IMG/VR virus record: IMGVR_UViG_3300020204_000008
Reading direction: 5' to 3' (one strand)
DNA: 64,000 nt
Source: a virus
Part shown: piece by piece, positions 1-7,525 of the stretch
How the letters are laid out: each line of letters begins with the position of its first letter
Position numbering within the stretch: position 1 is the stretch's first letter
Position numbers and translations under genes: made by a program
The notes under the pieces: model-generated
The model's database searches: none
The model's input: the letters and a program-made list of their open reading frames with translations, nothing else
Told to the model about the DNA's origin: nothing

Positions 1-105
1 AAGAAAATAATTATAAAAATCTTTAGCAAAGTTTAATTTTTTATCATCGCTTTCAACTAAAAACTCTCTTATCTTGGTTTTAATAAATTTTCTCAAATCT
101 TTCAT
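1..105 (-). CDS. partial hypothetical protein (runs off window); N-terminus MKDLRKFIKTKIREFLVES
   Basis: ATG at 105, frame open to window edge; AT-rich; preceded by TATTTATATATAAAAG. Confidence 0.6.
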   Translation of the reverse strand, partial: MKDLRKFIKTKIREFLVESDDKKLNFAKDFYNYFL

Positions 106-113
106 CTTTTCTT

Positions 114-242
114 TTATATATAAATATATTTCTTTTTTGACTCTTCAGACCTCTCTACAAAGCGACCGTCAAAGTAGCCTTGTGCCTTTTGCGAGAGACG
201 GCTCGCAGCCAGCCTGATCTTGTGTAGGTCGGGTCGTTTCAC
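114..242 (-). CDS. small basic hypothetical protein (42 aa, GYFDGRF motif)
   Basis: Manually translated; GTG start overlaps TAG stop of 242..454 (TAGTG). Confidence 0.55.
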   Translation of the reverse strand: MKRPDLHKIRLAASRLSQKAQGYFDGRFVERSEESKKKYIYI

Positions 243-454
243 TAGTTGCGAGCTATGAGTTCCTTTTCTATCTCGTGAAGGTCGCCCCTCCAGGTTGCCT
301 TGATGCCCTCTACCATGATCGGGTCCAAGCCTTCAAATGCCTCTTCCCTAATTGCTTTATTCAGGGAGCCGACTAGTCCATTAAGAACTGGGGTGGGTAG
401 ATCGATCATGGGCCTAGTTCCATAGATCACTGTGCTGAATTGTGTTGCTTTCAT
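242..454 (-). CDS. early hypothetical protein
   Basis: ORF directly downstream of repeated early promoter, A-rich leader. Confidence 0.75.
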   Translation of the reverse strand: MKATQFSTVIYGTRPMIDLPTPVLNGLVGSLNKAIREEAFEGLDPIMVEGIKATWRGDLHEIEKELIARN

Positions 455-477
455 GATTCTTTTGTTTTTAATGATAT

Positions 478-547
478 AGTAAATATAACCAATTTATTTG
501 AATCCTGAAAATTCTACCAAAACTTTTTTGCTAAAAAGTCCAGAGAC
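478..547 (-). promoter_or_regulatory. early promoter unit 1 (GTCTC box + GGTTATATTTAC)
   Basis: Repeated 9 times in 478-4753; core resembles Bacteroidota -7 TAnnTTTG. Confidence 0.75.
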
Positions 548-756
548 CCTGTATAACCGGCTCTTTCCAAAAAAGAGTCGGTTCCCGATTGGGCTCGACA
601 CCCATGACATCCAGTGTCTCCATGCCGCTCGGCGGGCATGGGCTCCGATCTACGGAGTAAACGACAAAGGGTCAGCTCACGCTGACCCCTTCCAGTCTCT
701 TTCTTGGCGGCGGCACCTTTACCCGGCCGAGACTCTCGCTTAGGACGCTCTTCTAG

Positions 757-960
757 CTAGCTTGGCAGCAGGCCTACTAGTCTCTGTACTAGGAGTTCCG
801 GACACTCGTCGTAGTCCCCATTACACCAGTCTCTTACGAGGAATGAAAGCTCACGATTGTTGCTTACCCGGATTCCAGACTGATCTGCCGCTTCAAAGTG
901 CTGGGCGCATGGCACGAACGAATTGAGCTCGCGAAACATGCTGAGTAGTGACGTCTCCAT
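757..960 (-). CDS. early hypothetical protein
   Basis: ORF track; 4 nt downstream of 965..1120. Confidence 0.65.
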   Translation of the reverse strand: METSLLSMFRELNSFVPCAQHFEAADQSGIRVSNNRELSFLVRDWCNGDYDECPELLVQRLVGLLPS

Positions 961-964
961 GGTC

Positions 965-1120
965 TTAAAATTGGATTAGGTCAATGGCCATTTCACCGAT
1001 TCCTCGACCGTCTCTCGTCACCTCATAGTTGGGGTCCATGCCGCTTTGGATGACGTCGTCGATGAGCGCCTCCAGCGTTGGGAACTCCTTATTGTAGTAC
1101 TTACATTTTAAACTGTACAT
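965..1120 (-). CDS. early hypothetical protein (start reassigned to MYSLKCK)
   Basis: ATG at 1120 follows promoter unit 2. Confidence 0.7.
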   Translation of the reverse strand: MYSLKCKYYNKEFPTLEALIDDVIQSGMDPNYEVTRDGRGIGEMAIDLIQF

Positions 1121-1141
1121 ATCTTTTATGTTTTTAATTAT

Positions 1142-1202
1142 AAGTAAATATAACCAAAATATTTGACAAGGTAAAATCCTAGGATAAAGAAAGTCAAGAG
1201 AC
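1142..1202 (-). promoter_or_regulatory. early promoter unit 2
   Basis: aagtaaatataacc ... aaagtcaagagac on + strand. Confidence 0.75.
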
Positions 1203-1220
1203 GCTGGGATACAGTGCATG

Positions 1221-1243
1221 AAAAAAGGGACTCAGTCCCTTTT
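1221..1243. terminator. intrinsic terminator (bidirectional-looking)
   Basis: AAAAAAGGGAC-TCA-GTCCCTTTT. Confidence 0.75.
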
Positions 1244-1261
1244 CAAATCGACTCCCTTATT

Positions 1262-1555
1262 TTAACAAAATAATCTTGGAATACCAAAGCAATCATCGTC
1301 TATTTCAAACTCATCCTCTAATTCTTCAAATGGAATCTCATTGGTTTGACCCCAATCAACTATGTATTCCAACATTGAATCCACTGTATTTTCAGATATA
1401 AATTCCTTGACCTCATCTGCATATTCACTATAAGCCTCTCTCGATACTTTTCGATACACATAATCTAAATTATCATTCAAGTTTTCGTTAATTTCATTAA
1501 CTAATTTTTCAGTAAAAGGCTTTAAATATTCGATTTGTTTTTGAGTGTAATTCAT
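1262..1555 (-). CDS. acidic early hypothetical protein
   Basis: ORF behind promoter unit 3. Confidence 0.75.
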   Translation of the reverse strand: MNYTQKQIEYLKPFTEKLVNEINENLNDNLDYVYRKVSREAYSEYADEVKEFISENTVDSMLEYIVDWGQTNEIPFEELEDEFEIDDDCFGIPRLFC

Positions 1556-1576
1556 TTCTCTTTAGTTTTAAGTTAT

Positions 1577-1637
1577 AAGTAAATATAACCATAATAATTG
1601 ATACTTGAAAATTTTTCGATAACAAAAGTCAAGAGAC
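1577..1637 (-). promoter_or_regulatory. early promoter unit 3
   Basis: aagtaaatataacc ... aaaagtcaagagac. Confidence 0.75.
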
Positions 1638-1674
1638 ACCGGCACACAGACTCATAAGGGTCACTACGGAGTGA

Positions 1675-1977
1675 CTAGTCCAGGTACTCCTTATACCTAG
1701 AGTTGAGTTCCACTCTTAGGTCGCGAACGGCCGCACACTTTTCGTACTCTTCAGTCTGTATAAAGCGGTTCTCTAGGAGGTCAAGCTCGATCAGGTGCTC
1801 CCAACACTCCTGTCTCAAGTAGTCGGGTCGCTGGCCAAAGTATTCCAGAGCCTCGCTCAATCGGGCTTCATACTCGTCCTCAAGCGTCCACTGGAAAAAA
1901 TCGATGCCACCACGATCGATCTTGATCTCGTGCTCCAAGCATCTTAGCCAGGCGAGGAACGGCTTACGTACTATCAT
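1675..1977 (-). CDS. hypothetical protein with C-terminal UVR-like motif (EEYEKCAAVRD)
   Basis: Start reassigned to ATG 1977 (ATGA overlap with upstream stop). Confidence 0.6.
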   Translation of the reverse strand: MIVRKPFLAWLRCLEHEIKIDRGGIDFFQWTLEDEYEARLSEALEYFGQRPDYLRQECWEHLIELDLLENRFIQTEEYEKCAAVRDLRVELNSRYKEYLD

Positions 1978-2165
1978 GAGATCTTGTTGATTATCAGCGA
2001 GCCCTGCTGCTCGATCGCCTTGACGGTCACGGTCTCCGTATCGGTCCGCCAACGTAGACAGGTGATGCCCAAGTCAGGAGACTCGCTCAACAGCTTAACG
2101 TCCCGCACTTCAACGGGTTGGTCCTTGTAATAATGATATATTATCTTCTTTATCTTTGATTCCAT
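1974..2165 (-). CDS. hypothetical protein
   Basis: ORF track; upstream GAGTATATAAT. Confidence 0.6.
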   Translation of the reverse strand: MESKIKKIIYHYYKDQPVEVRDVKLLSESPDLGITCLRWRTDTETVTVKAIEQQGSLIINKIS

Positions 2166-2237
2166 GCTGGCCTCTTTATATTATATACTCCAAAACGGGA
2201 AAGGGATCCGGTCGACTTGACCGGATCCGTCAGGTCT

Positions 2238-2450
2238 CTAGTCTTCCATAAGATCGTTAGACTCCAACTCAAACCAGAATCGCTCCTTCCATCGACTCAC
2301 TGTCGCACCCTCGGTGTGAGTCTCGCCCGCTTGAGTAAGTATCGCTAGTACAACGATTCCTCGATTTAAGTTGTCGCTTGCAACTTCTCGGTTACCCTTT
2401 AACAATGCCTCTTTAGCATTCATCATCAGTTCTTTTACGTTTGCTTTCAT
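2238..2450 (-). CDS. early hypothetical protein
   Basis: ORF behind promoter unit 4; followed by GGATCCGGTC/GACCGGATCC hairpin. Confidence 0.75.
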   Translation of the reverse strand: MKANVKELMMNAKEALLKGNREVASDNLNRGIVVLAILTQAGETHTEGATVSRWKERFWFELESNDLMED

Positions 2451-2471
2451 AATGCTTTTGTTTTTAAGTAT

Positions 2472-2533
2472 AAGTAAATATAATAATTATTCAAATACAC
2501 TGGTAGAAAATTAGAAATTAAAAGTCAAGAGAC
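2472..2533 (-). promoter_or_regulatory. early promoter unit 4
   Basis: aagtaaatataata ... aaaagtcaagagac. Confidence 0.75.
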
Positions 2534-2617
2534 TCGAACATAAGTGTTGACGTTGGGTTGGTGTTAAAAATTTTAGACATCTAAAAACATCTCTTCAGGT
2601 CTCTATTCAGCGGAGAC

Positions 2618-2646
2618 AAAAAAGACCAGCCGCGTTGACTGGTCTT
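2618..2646 (-). terminator. intrinsic terminator
   Basis: AGACCAG/CTGGTCT stem followed by a T-run on - strand. Confidence 0.6.
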
Positions 2647-2802
2647 AGTGTCTTGGGAGACCCGATACACCGGACTATGCAGGAACTTCAATTTGAACTG
2701 CAATGTGGCACTATGTTATTTATCCATGAGTCTCTGCACCGATCGTTGCCCCATAAAAAAAGCGGGAACCGCCCCGCCTTTAACCAATAAACCCACAGGG
2801 CC

Positions 2803-2946
2803 TTACATCTCGCGTGCGGCTCCGGGGTGAACGTTACCTATCGATAGCTGCACGATCGCATAGATCGCTGCCACGAGGAAGGCAGTGCTTAACAATACGG
2901 TTAGGGTTTGAGCGATTCTTAAAGTCACTAATTCAGATCTTTTCAT
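2803..2946 (-). CDS. small single-TM membrane protein (47 aa)
   Basis: MKRSELVTLRIAQTLTVLLSTAFLVAAIYAIVQL; start behind promoter unit 5. Confidence 0.7.
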   Translation of the reverse strand: MKRSELVTLRIAQTLTVLLSTAFLVAAIYAIVQLSIGNVHPGAAREM

Positions 2947-2969
2947 GATTCTTTTGTTTTTAAGATTAT

Positions 2970-3040
2970 AAGTAAATATAACCATTTTTCCTGAATTGGG
3001 ACAACTATTCGAAAAATAATCAGCACAAAAGTCTGGAGAC
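2970..3040 (-). promoter_or_regulatory. early promoter unit 5
   Basis: aagtaaatataacc ... aaaagtctggagac. Confidence 0.75.
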
Positions 3041-3055
3041 GCTTGGATACCGTGC

Positions 3056-3081
3056 AAAAGAAAGGCGAGCCAAGGCTCGCC
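3056..3081 (-). terminator. intrinsic terminator
   Basis: GGCGAGCC/GGCTCGCC stem plus T-rich tail on - strand. Confidence 0.7.
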
Positions 3082-3104
3082 AGTAATAAAGGGTCTAGCC
3101 GGTC

Positions 3105-3239
3105 CTAGTCGCGTTGGGTCTCCCAAGAGTCATTATCCCATTCGGGTTCGGGCAGCTCGCGTCGCCTCTCCACTGAGACCGCCGCAACTAGGGTCAGGTA
3201 GATGCTACCCAACCCAACTAAGAGGGCCAACGCTGCCAT
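3105..3239 (-). CDS. membrane microprotein (44 aa)
   Basis: MAALALLVGLGSIYLTLVAAVSVERRR...; TGATG coupling to upstream ORF. Confidence 0.55.
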   Translation of the reverse strand: MAALALLVGLGSIYLTLVAAVSVERRRELPEPEWDNDSWETQRD

Positions 3240-3331
3240 CAGATCTCTAGATAAAGGTAAAGTAGGAACGCGGCACAGGCAACGATCGCTAGGTAACGTA
3301 AGACGAAGCTTACCACTCTGAATTTAATCAT
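3239..3331 (-). CDS. membrane microprotein (30 aa)
   Basis: MIKFRVVSFVLRYLAIVACAAFLLYLYLEI, manual translation. Confidence 0.55.
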   Translation of the reverse strand: MIKFRVVSFVLRYLAIVACAAFLLYLYLEI

Positions 3332-3342
3332 GCTATCTTGAT

Positions 3343-3501
3343 TTAAAGGTTAAATAAAAACTTTATTAGCTCGCCAACTAGGCTTATTGACTTTGTAATA
3401 AAAGTTATCGTCATTAGGATCCCAAATATTCCTGTAAAATTCCAGTTGTCCCAGCTAATCCGTAGTTTGGACTTTAAAAAATAATCGGTCAATCGTTTCA
3501 T
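3343..3501 (-). CDS. membrane microprotein (52 aa)
   Basis: MKRLTDYFLKSKLRISWDNWNFTGIFGILMTITFI...; A-rich leader behind promoter unit 6. Confidence 0.6.
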   Translation of the reverse strand: MKRLTDYFLKSKLRISWDNWNFTGIFGILMTITFITKSISLVGELIKFLFNL

Positions 3502-3547
3502 CTTATTTGTTTTTAAGTATAAGTAGCTTACCGTTTGTAAGCATAGT

Positions 3548-3616
3548 ATAAATATAACAATTATCCATGAAAGTAAAAAACTTTTGGGAAAAATATCTCA
3601 TAAAAAGTCAAGAGAC
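3548..3616 (-). promoter_or_regulatory. early promoter unit 6
   Basis: ataaatataaca ... aaaaagtcaagagac. Confidence 0.65.
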
Positions 3617-3634
3617 TCGCCGACCCGGTCTCGA

Positions 3635-3940
3635 TCAACGTTCCAAGATGACGAAGCCACCAAAGTATCGGTCGAATACCGCGACCGCATTCTCATAGTC
3701 CGATTCCATCATCTCCTTACAGACCTTGTCAGCAAGCGTCTCAGGCAAGAGGTCACCCGTCCCAAGACCCAGGTGTTTAAGTATCACGTTCTGTGCACGA
3801 TTCGCCAGCATCTCCTCCTCCCACATCACCTGCAGCTGGCGTGAGAATTGCTTAGCGTAGCCCATCAGTGCAAACACGTTGCCGTCGGGTCCAGTAAGAT
3901 CGATCACGATCTCCCTGTTTTCTTGTTTCTTTCTAATCAT
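3635..3940 (-). CDS. phage hypothetical protein (IDLTGPDGNVFALMG motif)
   Basis: ORF track; motif typical of small phage proteins. Confidence 0.75.
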   Translation of the reverse strand: MIRKKQENREIVIDLTGPDGNVFALMGYAKQFSRQLQVMWEEEMLANRAQNVILKHLGLGTGDLLPETLADKVCKEMMESDYENAVAVFDRYFGGFVILER

Positions 3941-3941
3941 G

Positions 3942-4002
3942 GGTAAATATAACTATAATACCATAGTCTGTAATGCGTTTAAAATAATAAATGTCAAGAG
4001 AC
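3942..4002 (-). promoter_or_regulatory. early promoter unit 7
   Basis: ggtaaatataact ... atgtcaagagac. Confidence 0.65.
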
Positions 4003-4103
4003 CAGACATAACGGGTGATTCAAAAAACTAAAGTCGGTCGACCTGTCATGCCCGAATCATCCGGTCTCCTCGAATTCCAAGAGACACGCTAGTCAGCTGC
4101 ATG

Positions 4104-4126
4104 AAAAAACCCGATCGCTCGGGTTT
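4104..4126 (-). terminator. intrinsic terminator
   Basis: AAAAAACCCGA-TCGC-TCGGGTTT. Confidence 0.7.
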
Positions 4127-4144
4127 AAAAATTAGCGGTCACGT

Positions 4145-4324
4145 TTAGTATCCACGCTTGATGGTCGCCTTGGCCTCTGCAACCAATTCCTTAGCCTCTT
4201 CCCTAACCTTCTCTAAGCTGGCATCGGGCCTATGCTGACGAAAGTAACTTACTACCTTAGCGACGTTTAACATTCCGGAATTGATTAACTCTACGATCTC
4301 AGCTCTAATTTCTGTAGTTGTCAT
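4145..4324 (-). CDS. early hypothetical protein (59 aa, not in ORF track)
   Basis: MTTTEIRAEIVELINSGMLNVAKVVSYFRQHRP...; lies between promoter and terminator. Confidence 0.7.
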   Translation of the reverse strand: MTTTEIRAEIVELINSGMLNVAKVVSYFRQHRPDASLEKVREEAKELVAEAKATIKRGY

Positions 4325-4346
4325 AATCTTTTTGTTTTTAAATGAT

Positions 4347-4407
4347 AAGTAAATATAACCAATTTATAAATACGTTGTATGCGTTTGTGAAAATAAATCT
4401 GGGAGAC
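4347..4407 (-). promoter_or_regulatory. early promoter unit 8
   Basis: aagtaaatataacc ... aaatctgggagac. Confidence 0.7.
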
Positions 4408-4445
4408 CCGTTCCGCTTTCTTGATTCGGGGAATCCGGTCTAAAC

Positions 4446-4471
4446 AAAAAAGTCGGCCGCTTGGACCGACT
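4446..4471 (-). terminator. intrinsic terminator
   Basis: AGTCGG/CCGACT stem plus T-run on - strand. Confidence 0.6.
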
Positions 4472-4492
4472 CTGACTTGGGATTACTAATCC

Positions 4493-4672
4493 CTATAGGA
4501 CTTGCATCCCGATGTTAAATAACTCGTTTCTTAAGTCTTCATCCATCTTTTGAGTTCCACTTATCGAGAGGATTAGGGTGGGACCCTGTAGGGAAACAAT
4601 ATAATCTGCTTGGATAAATCCGCGCTCCTTTAAGAGGGCCTCTGTTTGGTCAATGATTTTTCTTTTGTCCAT
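4493..4672 (-). CDS. early hypothetical protein (59 aa, not in ORF track)
   Basis: MDKRKIIDQTEALLKERGFIQADYIVSLQGP...; lies between promoter and terminator. Confidence 0.7.
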   Translation of the reverse strand: MDKRKIIDQTEALLKERGFIQADYIVSLQGPTLILSISGTQKMDEDLRNELFNIGMQVL

Positions 4673-4692
4673 GTTATTTGTTTTAAGTTATA

Positions 4693-4753
4693 AAGTAAAT
4701 ATAACCATAATTCTCGACAGGGTAATGCGGGTCAGCCAAATAAGTCCAGAGAC
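4693..4753 (-). promoter_or_regulatory. early promoter unit 9
   Basis: aagtaaatataacc ... taagtccagagac. Confidence 0.75.
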
Positions 4754-4759
4754 CCAGAA

Positions 4760-5500
4760 ATTGTTTACAATCCGCGGACAATCCGCTTTTTTCCTAGATC
4801 TAGCTGGATTAACCGGGTCTCTAAGAATTCCAAGAGACCAACCAGCTAAGACCTGATCGGGCCGAATCGGCTAGACTGGTCGAGTATCCCTAGCCAGAGA
4901 CATGATTGGATTAACCTAACGCCTAGCCAAGTTGCCCCGCCGATCGCCTGAGACCAGCTGGGCTGGTGACTATCCAGGCCAGCTAGCCGAAAAGCGGCTC
5001 CTGGGACCGGCCAGGCCAGAGGAGCTCGACCAGCCGGCCAGGAACGGTCCCCAGGGGTACTTTTTCCGCCCCAGGAGGCCCCTGGGAGCGCCTGGCCAGG
5101 GCGCCTGACAGGGCTATCCAAGAGGCTAGATAGACTAGCTAGCAAAATCAAGTTAAATTTTGTGACTATAGGCTCACCTGGCCCAGAAAATCCGGCCCCT
5201 CTCCGGGCCCCAAGAATCCCCCATGGCTAGGGGACCTCTCCAAACCTTTTTTCCTCCCCAATTTTAATCTCCCATAGATCCTGTGTATACTAGCTAAGTA
5301 ACGGAGCTTAGATTCCTCTGTTTCATTTTTTTAAATTTTAAGGTATTATGTAAGAGCATGCCCTGGGTCCCACGACTCGGGGCCTGTTGTTTCTCCCGTG
5401 TATGTCTGCGGGTGTATTCTATATAGTGCTCCCCTGGTAAAAGCCTCCCTCTCCACCAGGAAAAAAATCCCCCAGGAATCTTTATTACTTTCCAGGCCTT
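4760..5500. other. GC-rich non-coding strand-switch region dense in CCWGG and CTAG
   Basis: 15 CCWGG in 4974-5496 and 11 CTAG in 4794-5293 counted by eye; no credible ORF. Confidence 0.6.
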
Positions 5501-5637
5501 TTGTATAAATAAAAAGTTTTTCGTTATGAAAAGAGAGATACTAAGCTAAAGTCGCTTAAGATCGACGTCAAGAATAACCTGTTCACCCTATAGAATTTCC
5601 CAATCTTCTTTAATGTCTCCCAAGTGATTTCCCCATT

Positions 5638-5645
5638 GATAAATA
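5638..5645 (+). promoter_or_regulatory. T4-like late promoter variant GATAAATA (representative copy)
   Basis: Also + strand at 6283, 6899, 8769, 9254, 11146, 47001, 48392; - strand at 8155, 21028, 21458, 26736, 32116, 55737; always just upstream of a start codon. Confidence 0.75.
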
Positions 5646-5652
5646 ATTTTGT

Positions 5653-6291
5653 ATGAAACACATCTCTCACTATCACGATTGGAAGAGGCTCCATGAGTCA
5701 GAGGAAGAGCCCAACCCCGACCAGGGACTAGAGGATCTTCGGAGCCTGGTCGACCTTGGCTTCGCTGAGCCTCACGAGCTCAAGGCATACTATAAACAGA
5801 ACTATGCCGAACCTCGACGTCAAGAGTTCCTGACAAGCCTCATTGCGATGTTTACACAGGTCGGGGTCGATCCGATCGACCTTACCACCTCTCGTCAAGC
5901 CAAGAACGGTACCTATCACTTTCAGCTCACTCCTGCCCAGGTGGAAAGGCTCCTCTTTGGTTACCCCTTGCCGTCGGGTCTGCCTCATCGTCAGGCCGCT
6001 CGAATGCAGCGTCGCTTGCAGGAGCTGGCGAGCGTTCGTGGCCAGATGAGGAAAAAGAAAAGGGTGAGGACTAAAGACCTAAACGGTCGGGCCTGGACCT
6101 CTTCCAAGTACGAGTACTGGGTCTATCCGGGTGACGTGCGCAATGCCTCCTTCTTCGGTAAACCCAATTCCGCGCCATTCGTTCGATTTGACGGCGAACT
6201 CGCTGGAGAAGCGATGTTGGCCCGATTCATCTATCAGCTGGCACTGGACTCTCCCACGGATGAGAGATATTATTTACTCATGGATAAATAA
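5653..6291 (+). CDS. late protein with capsid-targeting-like N-terminus
   Basis: MKHISHYHDWKRLHES; late promoter. Confidence 0.75.
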   Translation: MKHISHYHDWKRLHESEEEPNPDQGLEDLRSLVDLGFAEPHELKAYYKQNYAEPRRQEFLTSLIAMFTQVGVDPIDLTTSRQAKNGTYHFQLTPAQVERLLFGYPLPSGLPHRQAARMQRRLQELASVRGQMRKKKRVRTKDLNGRAWTSSKYEYWVYPGDVRNASFFGKPNSAPFVRFDGELAGEAMLARFIYQLALDSPTDERYYLLMDK

Positions 6292-6309
6292 CTAAAAAAG
6301 AGTTTTATC

Positions 6310-6672
6310 ATGAAGAATCACGTAAAGAGCTTTGACCGGTTTGTCAACGAATCAGCATACGTCCTAGAATCTAGGAACGCCGAATCCATGAAGATCGACC
6401 TGATCCGCAAGATCGACGACGCGATGGAGGAAGAGGGAGTGACCGATGTCGACCTAGTCAATTCAATAGAATCAGTCATTCGTCAGGCCGAGGAGCACGG
6501 GTACGACGGCGACGTCTATGTTAGACACAGTCGTACTGGCAATACTGTTCTAGTATTTAAACCGACTCCTTCCCGTTTTCACCGTTCGGACTTTTACAAA
6601 AACGTCGTGAGTCCTTTAGTGGGCGGCATGCAAGGCGGTCACACGTTCGGTGGCGGTCGAGGTAAGTACTAG
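6310..6672 (+). CDS. late protein with capsid-targeting-like N-terminus
   Basis: MKNHVKSFDRFVNES; late promoter. Confidence 0.75.
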   Translation: MKNHVKSFDRFVNESAYVLESRNAESMKIDLIRKIDDAMEEEGVTDVDLVNSIESVIRQAEEHGYDGDVYVRHSRTGNTVLVFKPTPSRFHRSDFYKNVVSPLVGGMQGGHTFGGGRGKY

Positions 6673-6673
6673 G

Positions 6674-6907
6674 GTGATTCGATTACTGAGATACGGATCG
6701 GGTCTACTTGGGGCCAGGTCACACGGGGAACTCGACTCCCAGGAAGAGAGGCCCATGGTGAAGGGCATTGCCCAGATCCTACGTGGAGTAAAGGACAGGG
6801 GGAATCGCCAGGAATCGGCAGACCAACAGATCCGAAACTTTAAGAAGGAGGGAATCCGGTTTGACTATGCGGAGTTTTTAAAACTGTGTGGACTGGCCGA
6901 TAAATAA
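6674..6907 (+). CDS. hypothetical protein (GTG start)
   Basis: Starts 1 nt after upstream stop; ends DK*. Confidence 0.55.
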   Translation: MIRLLRYGSGLLGARSHGELDSQEERPMVKGIAQILRGVKDRGNRQESADQQIRNFKKEGIRFDYAEFLKLCGLADK

Positions 6908-6921
6908 TAAAAATTTGCACC

Positions 6922-7518
6922 ATGTTAAAATCATTTAGTCAGTTTATTAATGAGTCCACGATTTCAGCCTCTTCTAAAGATAATAAGAAACTGGTCGATA
7001 TCCTTAACCGATACGTCGGTAAGAGGGAAGAGGGCAACAACGACGGTGAGATGGTAAAGGGCTTCCTAAAGTCAGTAGGCCTAGGTACCGGTAATCCCTA
7101 GTGCATGGCGTTCGTCTATGCGATATTTGATGAGTTCTGTAAGGGTAAGGGAATCCCAAATCCTCTCTTTAAGACGGGATCAGTTCTCTATTTTTGGAGC
7201 AAGGTGCCAACCGAAAACCAGATCAAGGTCGCAGACGCGATCAAGGACCCAAGCCTAGTAAAACCCGGCCAAGTCTTTATTAAGTCTAGAAAGGGAGGAG
7301 GCCATACGGGTATAGTGCTCAAGGTGGAAGGGGATTCGTTTATCTCAATCGACGGTAACTCATCAGATCAGGTAAAGCTGAATCGTTATAAGATTGCCAA
7401 TATGTTGGGCTTTGCAGACTTTTTTAAGAATCCGACTGTCTCCAGTCAGATCGCATCACTGTCAAGCAGCATGATCTCCAAGCACGCACCTACTCTAGGT
7501 GGCGGAAAGGAAGTATAA
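6922..7518 (+). pseudogene. CHAP-family amidase/peptidase interrupted by in-frame TAG (7099-7101)
   Basis: MLKSFSQFINES...GNP*CMAFV (expected PWCxAFV), GHTGIV, SIDGNS. Confidence 0.7.
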
Positions 7519-7525
7519 ATCTTTG

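Noticed and set aside
478-4753. CRISPR array or integron attC array
   Set aside because: Repeats are degenerate two-part motifs hundreds of bp apart, oriented as promoters before genes; no cas or integrase gene in the window.
4846-5151. 101-aa ORF in the GC-rich region
   Set aside because: Atypical composition driven by CCWGG repeats; no promoter or A-rich start context.
5504-5549. TATAAATA followed by MKREILS* as a decayed cargo gene
   Set aside because: Resembles a leader with a premature stop, but too short and the downstream frame is unconvincing.
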